Below are positions 52,716 through 63,023 of a DNA stretch of 63,023 nt, in pieces. Positions within the stretch are counted from its first letter, which is position 1; each line of letters starts with the position of its first letter. The stretch lies in assembly GCA_001275005.1 (NCBI GenBank), contig JWZX01003152.1, positions 1 to 63,023 of the forward strand, written 5' to 3'. Under the pieces are notes generated by a model. It did no database searches and was not told the DNA's origin. It saw nothing but the letters and a program-made list of their open reading frames with translations. A program made the translations under genes and the position numbers. This DNA is from Chrysochromulina tobinii. Taxonomy: Eukaryota.

Positions 52716-55700
52716 TGAGGATGAGGACGAGGACGAGGACGAGGACGAGGATGAGGAGGGGGCGGCGGCGGAAGACGTGATTCTAGCCGTTGAGCCGGCG
52801 CCCACGGCGGCGCCCACGCCGCTGCGGCCGCCGTTTCGAAGGACGTCGATCTCCCTCGATCTCCCTCGCGGCGTCCATCAGAGCTCTCGATCTCCCCCGC
52901 GATCTCCTCGGAGGTTGACGCATGAGCTCGGGGAGCAGATTGCCAGATTAGGCGAGCTGCGTATCCGTCCGCTGCCGCCCGCAATGCCCGAGCCCCCGCC
53001 GGGGTATGAGCGCCGCCTCGGCGTGATGCCTCCGCCCAGGCTCTTCCCGTTACCCGTCGACAAGTGCGCGTCGGAGGGTTCCGTTCCCTCTCGGCCTGTG
53101 AATGTGAATGAGGCATCGCTTGCATGCATCGAGGGCTACATTCCCTCTCGGCCTGTGAATGTGAATGAGGCATCGCTTGCATGCATCGAGGGCTCCGTTC
53201 CCTATCGGCCTGTGAATGTGAATGAGGCATCGCTTGCATGCATCGAGGGCTCCGTTCCCACTCCCGCGCCAACGAGCGGCTCGGCGGCTTCCCCACTCGC
53301 TGCGATGCCCTCGATCTCCCACGATCTCCCTCGATCTCCCACGGCGCCACCGCCACTCCTCTCCGAGCTCGGCATCTCCCACGATCTCCCTCGATCTCCC
53401 GCGGCGCCACCGCCACTCCTCTCCGAGCTCAGCCGCTCGCCCGGCTCGTCGCCTCGAGCGTCGCCTCGGGCGTCGCCACGGGCGTCGCCTTGGGCTTGGC
53501 CACCGACGGATTGTGTATGGAGCATGCCCGGACACCCCTCGCCAACAAGAGCCTCACTTGATCTCCCACGATCTCCCTCGCCAACAAGAGCCTCACTTGA
53601 TCTCCCACGATCTCCCTCGCCAACAAGAGCCTCACTTGATCTCCCACGATCTCCCTCGCCAACAAGAGCCTCACTCGATCTCCCACGATCTCCCTCGCCA
53701 ACAAGAGCCTCACTTGATCTCCCACGATCAGTGGACACGCGCTTCGTTCATGCATCCATGCGCTTCGTTAATGAGGCCGACGATCGCCCATCAGTGGGCA
53801 CGCGCTTCGTTAATGAGGATGACGATGGCCCATCAGTGGACACGCGCTCGTGTATCATCCATGACGACGCATACGAAGCATCCGCCGCCGCGACGCGCGT
53901 GGCGGCGGCGACACGTGCGGAGAAGGCCAAGCACGAGCGCCGTAATGAGCGCCGAGCGTGCCGAGCGGCGGCAGAACGAGGCGCTGTACCGAGCACATCA
54001 GCGCCGCCCTTGTGGATGACGTTTGCGATCCAGACGCTGCAGCACGCGCAATCTCAATCCAATCTGGAGCACGCGCAGCTGAGCGTGCGGCTGGAGGAGG
54101 CACGTCGGCTCCTCGAGAGCGAGAGACAGGCGGCCGCTCGGCGCGAGGCTGCGCTGCGCTTCGTCAACAGGCTTCGTCAACAGGCGGCCGCGCGGCGCGA
54201 GGCTGAGCTGCGCCGCCAGATGCGTGAGCGCAGTGAAGCTGCAGAGGAGCGCGAGGCTTCGGTGCTCGCGGCGGCGCGCGCCCGGGAGCACGCGCTTCGT
54301 CAACAGGCGAGTGCCCGGGAGCACGCGCTTCGTCAACAGGCGAGTGCTGCCAAGCTGAGGGCTGAGGAGGCGAACGGCGCTCGGGATGACGCTCAGGACG
54401 GCGCTCGCGTGCCTGGCATTCGCGACGAGCGCCTTCGCGCGCTCCGAGCGTACTTCTCGCCTTCATACTCGACGCTCAGCACGACGCGCAAGAGCCCCGG
54501 AGGCCCGTCGAGCGCCGTCTCGAGCGCCGGCTCCGGCTCCTCCGCCTTTACGCCAGCGTCCTCTGCCACCTCACCGGATGCCTCGATGCCGCCCGAGTGG
54601 CCGGGATCTACAAGAGGTTCGTCAAGAGGTTCGTCATCGACGCCACCCGAGTGGCCGAGTTCGTACTGTGCGCCGCCCGCGCACCCTTGGAACGTACCGG
54701 TCGCTCTGCATGCAAGTGCTCACGATGACGCCCGCGCACCCTTGGGACGTACCGGTCGCCCTGCATGCAAGTGCTCACGACGGCGCCCTCCCCCCTCTCC
54801 CCACAGGTGCGCACCCTTGGGACTGGGTCGTGCCGGTAGTGCCGGTAGTACAGGTCGTGGACTTGTGGCTCCAGTACGCCGCGGCGACGCTCGTGCAGGC
54901 CCGTTGGCGCGGGCGTCTCACACGGCGCGCGCTCCCGAAGCATGAGCGCCGTGCTGAGCACGAGCGTCGTGCTGAGCATGAGCGTCGTGTCGAGCATGAG
55001 CGTCGTGCTGAGCATGAGCGCCGTGCTGAGCGGCCTTCTGTGCTCTTCGAGCAGTTGGAGCAGCTCCGGAAGTTTGTGCCGCCGGACCCGGGGCGATGGT
55101 TCACAGCCCTCTTCACACGCGTACCCCCCGCACTCGCGCGCTGCTGGCCGCCGCCTGCGGAGGCAGCCGTCCCCCTCCGAGCGCGCCGTGGTGAGCACTT
55201 GCATGCAGGGCTTTGGGAGGCAGCCGCCCCCCTCCGAGCGCGCGAGATCGTCGGCGAGATCGCCGGTGAGTCGTTCAAACCCCACAGCCTCGGTCTGGGC
55301 GCCGTCTCGGGCGACCTTCGCGATGTACTCTCTACCGGTACCGCCTCAGGCAGCACCTTGGAGGGCAGCTGCTCAAGTGCGAGCGCCGTCTCGAGCGTTC
55401 ACGGATTGGACTCGAGGGCGATCTCGCGGGCAATCTCGAGGGCAATCTCGCCAGACGGCGGCGCGCTGTCCAACGCCTCGCCCCGTGGTGCTGATGGCCT
55501 GCATGCAAGTGCTCACCACGGCGCGATGTCCAACGCCTCGCCCCGTGGTGCTGATGGCCTGCATGCAAGTGCTCACCACGGCGCGATGCCCAACGCCTCG
55601 CCCCGTGGTGCTGATGGCCTGCGTGCAAGTGCTCACCCCGGCGCGTTATCCAACGCCTCGCCCCGTGGTGCTGATGGCCTGCGTGCAAGTGCTCACCACG

Positions 55701-56138
55701 GCGCGCTGTCCAACGCCTCGCCCCGTGGTGCTGATGGCCTACATGCAAGTGCTCACCACGGCGCGCTGTCCAACGCCTCGCCCCGTGGTGGATCGCTGCG
55801 TGCCTCGCCGTGCGACACGGCCGAAGATGCGCTCGGGCTCGGCGCTCGACCTCGATGCCGGAGATGAGGCGCTTCTGTGGAAGGAGGACTGCCTGTGGAA
55901 TCAGAGGCAATCCGAGGCAATCAGAGGCAATCAGAGGCAATCAGAGGCAATCACGGACCTGCTGTGGAAGGAGGACTGCCTGTGGAACGAAGCGCTTCTC
56001 TCGGGCCGTATGACGCTCGCGAGCGCCGTCTCGAACGCCGAGGAGGAAGCGCCGTCGCGAGCGCTCGAGTGGAGCATCACCTCCGAAGTCTACCAGGCGA
56101 GCGACAGCAAGGTGACCTCGTATTACACTTTGGCCTGA
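50092..56138 (+). CDS. Dbl-family RhoGEF (DH + PH-like) with IQ motifs and many tandem repeats; predicted intron 54668-54806, 3' frame junction unresolved
   Basis: EELIRTE..F, IFSNL, Y..YC.NY, L.RPVQRL..YPLLL; IQ motifs AAIRVQAAYRG and AATLVQARWRG. Confidence 0.75.
53074..53259. repeat. 57-nt x3 tandem; the minus strand reads like an intron 3' end; extra copy at 52304-52347
   Basis: Minus strand TGCATGCAAGCGATGCCTCATTCACATTCACAG|GC. Confidence 0.9.
53536..53728. repeat. 39-nt x5 tandem built on GATCTCCC units
   Basis: Encodes PSPTRASLDLPRS x5. Confidence 0.92.
55460..55790. repeat. 60-nt x5.5 tandem carrying the TGCATGCAAGTGCTCACCACGGCG cassette
   Basis: Units are directly visible at 60-nt period. 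Confidence 0.95.
55875..55987. repeat. (AATCAGAGGC)n filler flanked by a perfect 26-nt direct repeat
   Basis: CTGTGGAAGGAGGACTGCCTGTGGAA at 55875-55900 and 55962-55987. Confidence 0.95.
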
Positions 56139-56313
56139 ACAGCTGCCTCCACTGTGAAGACGAGAGTAGTCTCTAGAGCGAGCGCACATGTAGGCGCGTA
56201 GTGGTGCGTTCTCTTCTGTAGGTAACGTCTGAGCCTAAGGATGCATGCATATCCAGACTTCAACATGCACACGAAGTCATCCTCACGAAGTTGTGTGTTT
56301 TTCCGGTTTGGAA

Positions 56314-57879
56314 ATGGAGCATCGGTCTTCATGTGGCAGTGGTGGCGGCGGCGGCCGGGTTTGGCTTGGCCTCGCTTTTGAGCGGCGTGGCCACGTCGGG
56401 CGCCCCCCATCATCGTCGCCCGAGGCGCTTCCCACGCCGCCTACAACCCTGCCAGAGCCGCCGCCGACCAGAAAGTCAAAGTGGTCCTTCCAGCCGGAGC
56501 TGATCGGTGACACTCCCCAATTTCCCGTGCCACTCCTGGGACGGGAAGGCGTCCGAGCACGGAACAAAATCCTACGGGTGGTCATCTCCCGCGAGGAGCT
56601 CCAAAGCGCGGCCGCGCAATTGAGAGCCCTTGTATCCGAGCTCGAGGTGCAACACGAGAAGCCAAGCCTCGAGCTCCAGATCGGGTACAAGCTTCTGGAT
56701 GGCGTCATCACCGTCCCACAATGTTTGAAAGCGTGGGACATCAAGAATAATGGCGAGATTACCAGGGTCGGCATACGCAATAGCCTGCGCAGCCTGGGGT
56801 TCACGGGCCTCCCGAGCGACGGCGATGCTCTCTTTGACCAATGGAACGGGCATCAGGGTATGTCACTGCTTGCATCACTGCTTGCGGAGCCTCCGATGGC
56901 TATTGATTGTGTTGTCCATTGTTGATTGCTACCAGCTTTTGGTTACTGTTGAGTGCTATGGAGTGCCCTTTGGTTACTGTGTTCGTTGCTGTTGATGGCT
57001 GAGTGCATTGCCTCCAATTACCTCTCCCTGCGAACAAGGCCGTCACCGATCCTGATCACTTAATGAACACTGCCCACTGCCACTGATTACCACTGATCAC
57101 TGTCTACTGCCACTGATCGCTGCTCCTTGCCAGGCGTCTTTCTCGACTCGAAGACAGTGACCAATAGCCTGAGCTTGGCGCAGGCGAAGGCTCAGAAGAA
57201 GAGGCAGGCGTTTGACCAAAGACGCAACAAGACTGAGGCGCTACGGGCCGTGGCGGCAAAGGCGGAGGAGGCGGCCAGTCTGTCTGACCGGGCTACTGTG
57301 CTCGAGGAGGAGCTGAGGCAACTGATCGCCCGCATAGACGAGCGTGCTGACATTCGCCTCGGCGCATTACTGCAGGCCCGTATGGTAAAGCCGAGCGCCG
57401 TCGTGACCAGCTGGGGCTCGAGCCGTGTTGAGCACATCGGCGAGCTCTCGAAGAGGGACTTTCGGCGCGCCGTGCTCCGGCTCTTCAACGGGCTTGATCC
57501 GGTCGGGAAAACAAGAGAGGACAGCAAAGGCTCGGTGAAAACGCCCGCCACCGCGAGACTAGCGCGTTCAGCTTCCCAAAGGACGTACCAGTCGGAAGCT
57601 GAGCTAGCGGCGGAGGAAGCTGCGCTTGCGGCGGAGATTGACGGTGTCTTCGATACGTTCGACGCGGACCGTAACGGCTGGCTGGATGCGGACGAGACCT
57701 TGAGCATGGTCAGGACACTACAGGGCGCCGCCAACCAAGCAACGGGCGAGCGGCGCATGAAGGAGAAAGAGTCGCGGTCGGTACGCTCGAGAGCTGATCG
57801 GCTCGGGGTGGTCGCGCTTCGCGAGGTGAGGGATGCTGTATGTGAACATTCGTCGAGACACACCGATTTCGAATGCTGA
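56314..57879 (+). CDS. EF-hand/coiled-coil protein; intron 56858-57133
   Basis: WDIKNNGEIT, DADRNGWLDADE; G|GTATGT..GCCAG|GC joins two ORFs in frame; intron has CCACTG-type repeats. Confidence 0.75.
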
Positions 57880-58265
57880 ATCGTTGTGCGTGGTCTAGGA
57901 TTCGATTTGTGCATGATACACTGTCAGTGTGCCGACGATCCGACTCAGTGTCGAAACCTCCGAGAAAGACGTAGAATAACACGGCAATCGAATGGGCAAA
58001 TGTGAAATGAACCCCGATGCATCGTGTGACTGTAATCTTCTGGTCACTTGTGCTGTACCACACTGTCGAATGTGTGTTTCGGCTCACGAGTGAACACCCC
58101 CTGCGGCTGACGGTGCGAGCCCAGGTGCGTGCACAAGAAATATTTGCGTGAACAGACTGTGTGCATGCGCTTACAACGCTAACTATAAAAACGGTACTGA
58201 ACCACAGGAATCCTAACATTCTCAAACATATGAAAGGCGTGCGACGCACTCCGCGTCACATTTCC

Positions 58266-59642
58266 ATGACAAAGAATAGCAAGTCGTCAGCGACCCACAA
58301 GGGTAAGAAACCGTCGCGCCGAGCCGCAAGCGAGGAAGAGCTGCAGGGTCTCAACGATATCGACGAATTGGCTGCAGCTGGCTCACAAAGGAGTGGACTG
58401 AGCACCACGATATCGTTTGGGATTGTGGCCGTCCTGCTCGCAGCTGCGGGATGGATAGCATCACGCCCATACCTGTATCATGATCGACTGCCGCCGGGCT
58501 CTGTGGTGGCCTTGAGGAGTGCTGTCGCACTGCAAACTCAGCCGCCAACATCATCATTGTGGGCATCGGCGGATGCAGAAAATGCATCGGCCGTGTTGGC
58601 AGTGGCAAGCGCCATCACCGCAGCCTCGCCGCCAATGGCAAGGCAGCTAGCCCCCCCGCCTCTGCCGCCGCCGCCTCCTCCACCCCCTTCACCTCCTTCT
58701 CCGTCACCTCCGCCGCCGCTGCCATCAACACCGCCGCCATCGCCGCCACCGTCAGCATCTCCTTTGGCGCCGCCAACGGTCTTACCTGCTGCGCCGCTGG
58801 CTGCGACGCTGAACGCGCGCTTCAACCGCGATGTGACCAAGTTCGCCTCGCTCGAGGCGGGAGTGCTCATCCATCAGCTTGATGGGTTCCAGGATGCAGA
58901 GCTGCCGTGGGCACCCTGCTCGGGCTCGAGTCACAGCCACAACTGTCAAGGCACGCGCACCTCGTCGCGCAGGCACCGCGTCTCTTGCTCCGTGATTTTC
59001 GCGGGGCTCCATCGCAAGGATGCGAGCATACCCACCTTCAGCGTCGATGCGGGCGTCGTGCTTCGGCCCTCGATGGCGAACGTGCTGTGCGGCTACGGCA
59101 ATGACGGCTCGATCGACGATAACCGTCCGCTGATGTGCGAGGGCGGCTACCCATACTCCGAGTCGAGGTGTGTGCCTGGCTGCGGTTCGCCGCCCGCCTT
59201 CTGCGACCCGCGCAACCCCCACGACGAGGGCTCATGGACGACCTGTGGCGTGAGCTGGGGTGCCAAAGGCATTCGGCCTTGGCGTGGCGTGGACCTGCCC
59301 GGCTTACTCGACGTGTTCGCCTCGAAAGGAGAGCCGTTCACCGGCGTAGGCAACTTCAAGGGGTACAATGAGATTGTCGTGGACCCTGTGCCGTGGCTGG
59401 AGCACCTGCCGCACAGCGTCGAGGCCATCTTCATGGTCGACTGCACCGCGGGTAGTGCCCAACTACATTATGGCGCCGCGGACGGCATGGCGACCGCCAT
59501 GGACTGTGCCGAGGCCCAGGCCGCCGCACGAACCATGCACGCGGCCTTTCTGCGCACATATCCTGAGGTCGACCCGGCCACGTTCCCGCTGCTCAAGCTG
59601 CGCACGAATCTGTGGGACGAGCCATTCGAGGAGATCAGATGA
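58266..59642 (+). CDS. Type II membrane protein with Pro-rich stalk and Cys-rich extracellular domain
   Basis: Basic N-terminus, TM FGIVAVLLAAAGWIA, SPPP stalk, globular domain with YNEIVVD and VEAIF. Confidence 0.75.
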   Translation: MTKNSKSSATHKGKKPSRRAASEEELQGLNDIDELAAAGSQRSGLSTTISFGIVAVLLAAAGWIASRPYLYHDRLPPGSVVALRSAVALQTQPPTSSLWASADAENASAVLAVASAITAASPPMARQLAPPPLPPPPPPPPSPPSPSPPPPLPSTPPPSPPPSASPLAPPTVLPAAPLAATLNARFNRDVTKFASLEAGVLIHQLDGFQDAELPWAPCSGSSHSHNCQGTRTSSRRHRVSCSVIFAGLHRKDASIPTFSVDAGVVLRPSMANVLCGYGNDGSIDDNRPLMCEGGYPYSESRCVPGCGSPPAFCDPRNPHDEGSWTTCGVSWGAKGIRPWRGVDLPGLLDVFASKGEPFTGVGNFKGYNEIVVDPVPWLEHLPHSVEAIFMVDCTAGSAQLHYGAADGMATAMDCAEAQAAARTMHAAFLRTYPEVDPATFPLLKLRTNLWDEPFEEIR

Positions 59643-60182
59643 TGTTAATGTGTTGGCTGTTGGGGTGACGGATGGGTTAGTCAAGGCGCACAAGGCTCAA
59701 GGGCGATGTGTGGATGTCTCACGAATGCAGCACGAATGGCATATGACGAATGAATATGTTCACTTGGTCTGTGTCCTTGTTTGTTTACATCCTGGTAGAT
59801 TTCCTACCTACGAACGGTACGAACCATGGTACCCGCGGGTCGGCCGGTCTTTGAGATCTCCGTCTATGTGAACCGTGTGTGTCATGGTGTGTGTACACGT
59901 TCGCTTTGCTTAACGTTTGCTGTTTGCGTCCGGCTCCCCCCGGCAATTGCCCCCCGGGGTCTCCGAGCGACGTGATATGTTGGAGTGGGACGGGACTCGA
60001 GCACCATGCTTAACATGCTGTCGAGTACTGACTCACGGTGACCGGACCCTGCCGACAGTGACTCCCGGCAGTACATGCCGACAGCCTATCCGCCGTTTTG
60101 TCGTTAAAGGGTTCACACACGACAGTGCCATAGCACTCACCGGTGTTAACGTTCACACGAACTCTGTCGGGCGCTCGGGAAA

Positions 60183-61184
60183 ATGGAGGCTCGCCTCCTT
60201 GCGGACCTGGAGCGGTTGCAGCTCCACGCTCCGTGCGAATCCACGGACGTGCACGCGCTGCACTACTGGGGCCTCTTCTCAATGTTGAATCAGCTCGTCC
60301 GTGCCACCATCCACTCATTTGCGCACGGGCGACGTGCCTGCTTTCGGGTCCCAAATTTGTGGTCGTATCAGCCAGCGCGCGGCTGTCGAGAGTCACTGCT
60401 GACCAACCAGAGCAGTGCATTCAGCTGCTACTTTGCGAGCGCGTTTTCTTGCGATCGCCAGTGCCGACGTGCGCCTCTTGAGCCCTTTCGCGGCGTGGTC
60501 GATGAGGCCAAGGGCATCTGGCGTTTCGAACACGGTTGGCCACAGGCGGGCGAGATCGAATACGTCGTCGGAGGTGAGATGCGGATTTTGGCTGCGCGCT
60601 ACACTGGCCTCGATTTCCACGCGATTCGGTCCGCGGTCACGCGGTGGGCCTTTCGACTATCGCCTCGGGTGGAAGCTCATTTGCAGTCGCTGCGCCATGC
60701 GAACCATCTCACTCCTCATGGCTATGTAGCGGTGCACCTGCGCTTGAGTGACAAGCTGCTTCTGGCCTCCGAACGGGCAAGGAAGGTGCCACTCTCGGCC
60801 TTCGTCGCTGCGGCCGCGGAGCTCGCGGCGACACGAGCGACGCCGATCCTGCTCTTCACCATCTCTGCCGCGGAAGTGATTGCGGACCTCAACCACATCC
60901 CAGACACTCCGACGCTCAACCTGTCGCGCTTCCGCGTGCCAGCGCATCTCGCGAATACCGCGGAGCGCACATCGTGGATCGTCAAGTCGACTGACGTTCA
61001 CGCGAACGCATTCAACGCGCTGGCCGACATGAAACTGCTCTCCGAGGCTGCCGGTGCCGTGGTGACCTTCTCTTCGAACATGGGTCGTTTCCTTCATTAT
61101 CTCACGCTCTCAGAGCAGCGGGAGGGCCGGATGCGTGTGCGCTCGATGGACTGGACCTCGTTTGCGCCCGAAGAGGTCACCTGA
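60183..61184 (+). CDS. GT23-like (alpha-1,6-fucosyltransferase/NodZ-like) protein; 5' end may be incomplete
   Basis: VAVHLRLSDK (cf. VHVRRTDK), D..LLS.A...V.TFSSN.GR, V.SMD. Confidence 0.7.
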   Translation: MEARLLADLERLQLHAPCESTDVHALHYWGLFSMLNQLVRATIHSFAHGRRACFRVPNLWSYQPARGCRESLLTNQSSAFSCYFASAFSCDRQCRRAPLEPFRGVVDEAKGIWRFEHGWPQAGEIEYVVGGEMRILAARYTGLDFHAIRSAVTRWAFRLSPRVEAHLQSLRHANHLTPHGYVAVHLRLSDKLLLASERARKVPLSAFVAAAAELAATRATPILLFTISAAEVIADLNHIPDTPTLNLSRFRVPAHLANTAERTSWIVKSTDVHANAFNALADMKLLSEAAGAVVTFSSNMGRFLHYLTLSEQREGRMRVRSMDWTSFAPEEVT

Positions 61185-62481
61185 GAGTCTCGGCGCAGCT
61201 CGAGCAGCATAAGGCAGATAGGCGCAGGCGGAGGCTCGCGCGCAGGCGGAGGGCGTTTCATAAAAGCAAAGGTTCGCCGCCACCCGGTACTTTCCCGGTA
61301 CATCGTGTCGTTAACAACAACACCATCGCTTCATGTATCATTCAGATTCATCATGCACTAGGGCTTTGAGCTCATTTGTCCTCCGTGTGGAAGGGGATCG
61401 TGCGCTCTGAAAACCATAGAAAGAGATTGGTGCTCTTCATTCGTTCACGTATTCGGCTCTACCCTCTACCATGTCGAAAACTATGTACCCTTGTTTGCTT
61501 GTACCGATGCGAGGTGCCTTGTAGCTTGTTAAGCGCCGAGTTCGGGCGCGCAGCAGCCCGACGACGACGCGAAACGGCGTGCCACTCGGAACACTTTGTT
61601 GATGGTGTTGAGCGTGGTTTCCTCGCCATATCTACCACCGATCGGATCCGACGCGGCTATGTGTCATGTCCTCGACCGTGGTCGTACATTTTACATAGCT
61701 GGTCGCACGGGTTACGCCGACGTTCTTGGACGTACGCGCGACGCTCGTAACACGTTTCTTTTTCTGTTTTCATTTTCAAATGTGTATAATGTTGCTGAGG
61801 CAAGTGCGGGCGCAAGGCAAGCCGCATGGCAAGCCGCCTCCTGCACCGCTCGCGCCGTCCCGTCCCGCTGCTGCTGCTGCTGCTACTGTACTCATCAACA
61901 CGACGCGCAACAGACGACCTCTCCCGGACCCCCAAGCACACGAGGGCCACGCAACAATCCATCACCAATCGAATGCCACAAGACAATCACCATGGACAAT
62001 CACATGGACGGACAGGTGTAACCGAATGGGCGGGGGCCCGTTCACGACAATGTCACGTCGCGGTACATGTGTCGATCCACGATCGAAGACAGCCGTGCGC
62101 GTGCCATCGGTAACGGTACGGCCGAGAACCCGAGTAAGGGCCGAGATTGGGGCCGAGATTGGGGCCGATCGTATTTGCGCGTGCCATCGGCACGGCCACA
62201 ATGTGCAAACATCATGCTGACATGAATGGAATCCGCACGCACAGATCTCGAATTGAGATCTGAATGAGGGTTGAGGGCACACAAGGAGCCATAGGTGCAC
62301 ACGGCCGAGCTACTGCTGTGCGACACCACATGAAGGTTGTCTGGACAAGGTGCCAGCTGGGCGTGGCTCACAATCACAAACCCGTCGCCCACCCTGCTGC
62401 TCGGCTCCACCGGTCGCCTGCCAGTGCGGCGATACCATTCGCTTCACACCTTACACGCTCACAGTAGGATTAGGCGGTTCT

Positions 62482-63023
62482 TCAGACATCCGGAAGCTCG
62501 AGCGTCTTGTCGGAGCTTTGCCCTCGCCGCCGCCACTGCGTTACAGGTGCAGGCGCCATTGAGAGAGGGCTCATCGCATCGATGACCGAAGATGGCGTAC
62601 AAGCTGACGACGAGATCCCCCCAGACTGTGGCGTCGGGTCCGAGAATAGAACCTCCGGCTGATCTCGCCCAGTTGCCACGATAGTCTTGGCCGTGCCGCC
62701 GCCTTCCCCATCGGTGCCACCTTCTGCTCCGCCCCCGTCGCCTCCGCCATCTCCTCCTCCATACCCACCGCCCCCTTTTCCACCGCCGCCATCTCCGCCT
62801 CCACCTTCGCCGCCGCCATCATCCCCACCACCACCACCATCCCCACCACCATCCCCACCACCACCATCTCCTCCGCTCGTTGCGCGTCCTCCCTCGGCTT
62901 CGCGTTGCGAGAGCTCCTCCCATGCCTGCAGGTGTGCTTGCACGCGTAGCCAAGGCAGCATGGTTGGGTCGATGAGGTCCGCCACGATCGAGTAGAATGG
63001 CACGCAGATGAACTTGAAGAAGC
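62482..63023 (-). CDS. C-terminal end of a class I cyclic-nucleotide phosphodiesterase-like protein, entering from the right edge
   Basis: (G)FFKFICVPFYSIVADL...L.AW resembles the last PDE catalytic helices, followed by a Gly-rich tail. Confidence 0.6.
   Translation of the reverse strand, partial: FFKFICVPFYSIVADLIDPTMLPWLRVQAHLQAWEELSQREAEGGRATSGGDGGGGDGGGDGGGGGDDGGGEGGGGDGGGGKGGGGYGGGDGGGDGGGAEGGTDGEGGGTAKTIVATGRDQPEVLFSDPTPQSGGISSSACTPSSVIDAMSPLSMAPAPVTQWRRRGQSSDKTLELPDV

Noticed and set aside
55460..55790. Regular 60-nt array as CRISPR
   Set aside because: Units are near-identical throughout with no unique spacers; it lies inside a coding region
62687..62995. Plus-strand extensin-like SPPP ORF
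   Set aside because: No ATG start and a stop just upstream; the minus strand carries PDE-like sequence continuing into this Gly-rich tail

Overview
Gene-dense, GC-rich eukaryotic nuclear DNA with few, short spliceosomal introns. Bipartite plastid presequences (signal peptide + 'AF/CF'), long GGC tracts and repeat-filled introns point to an alga with a complex red plastid, most likely a haptophyte (inference). About 37 protein genes and one tRNA-Leu(CAG) can be supported. Recognisable genes: PIG-U, CDC20, RPLP0, gamma-tocopherol methyltransferase, QCR6, a DSP-fold pseudophosphatase, JmjC, a BIRC6-type UBC, an SDR, RNPS1-like, an NHL-repeat membrane protein, an Rnl2-family RNA ligase, a UBZ+PAH protein, CHFR-like, an F-box protein, EF-hand proteins, POLD4, a repeat-riddled RhoGEF, a GT23-like fucosyltransferase and the end of a cyclic-nucleotide phosphodiesterase. 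Main findings: (1) a dispersed ~25-nt cassette (TGCATGCAAGTGCTCACCACGGCG) and related fillers repeatedly sit between duplicated 12-31 nt host segments; sense copies with an AG lie in predicted introns, while antisense or AG-less copies remain as in-frame coding repeats, which looks like an intron-generating process seen at several stages; (2) a small KKxx-tailed membrane ORF overlaps the start of PIG-U; (3) a T4 Rnl2-like ligase sits head-to-head with a tRNA; (4) a JmjC/UBC frame overlap runs across a GGC tract; (5) a candidate structured ncRNA lies at ~13.9 kb. All family calls come from motif recognition by eye; no searches were run.
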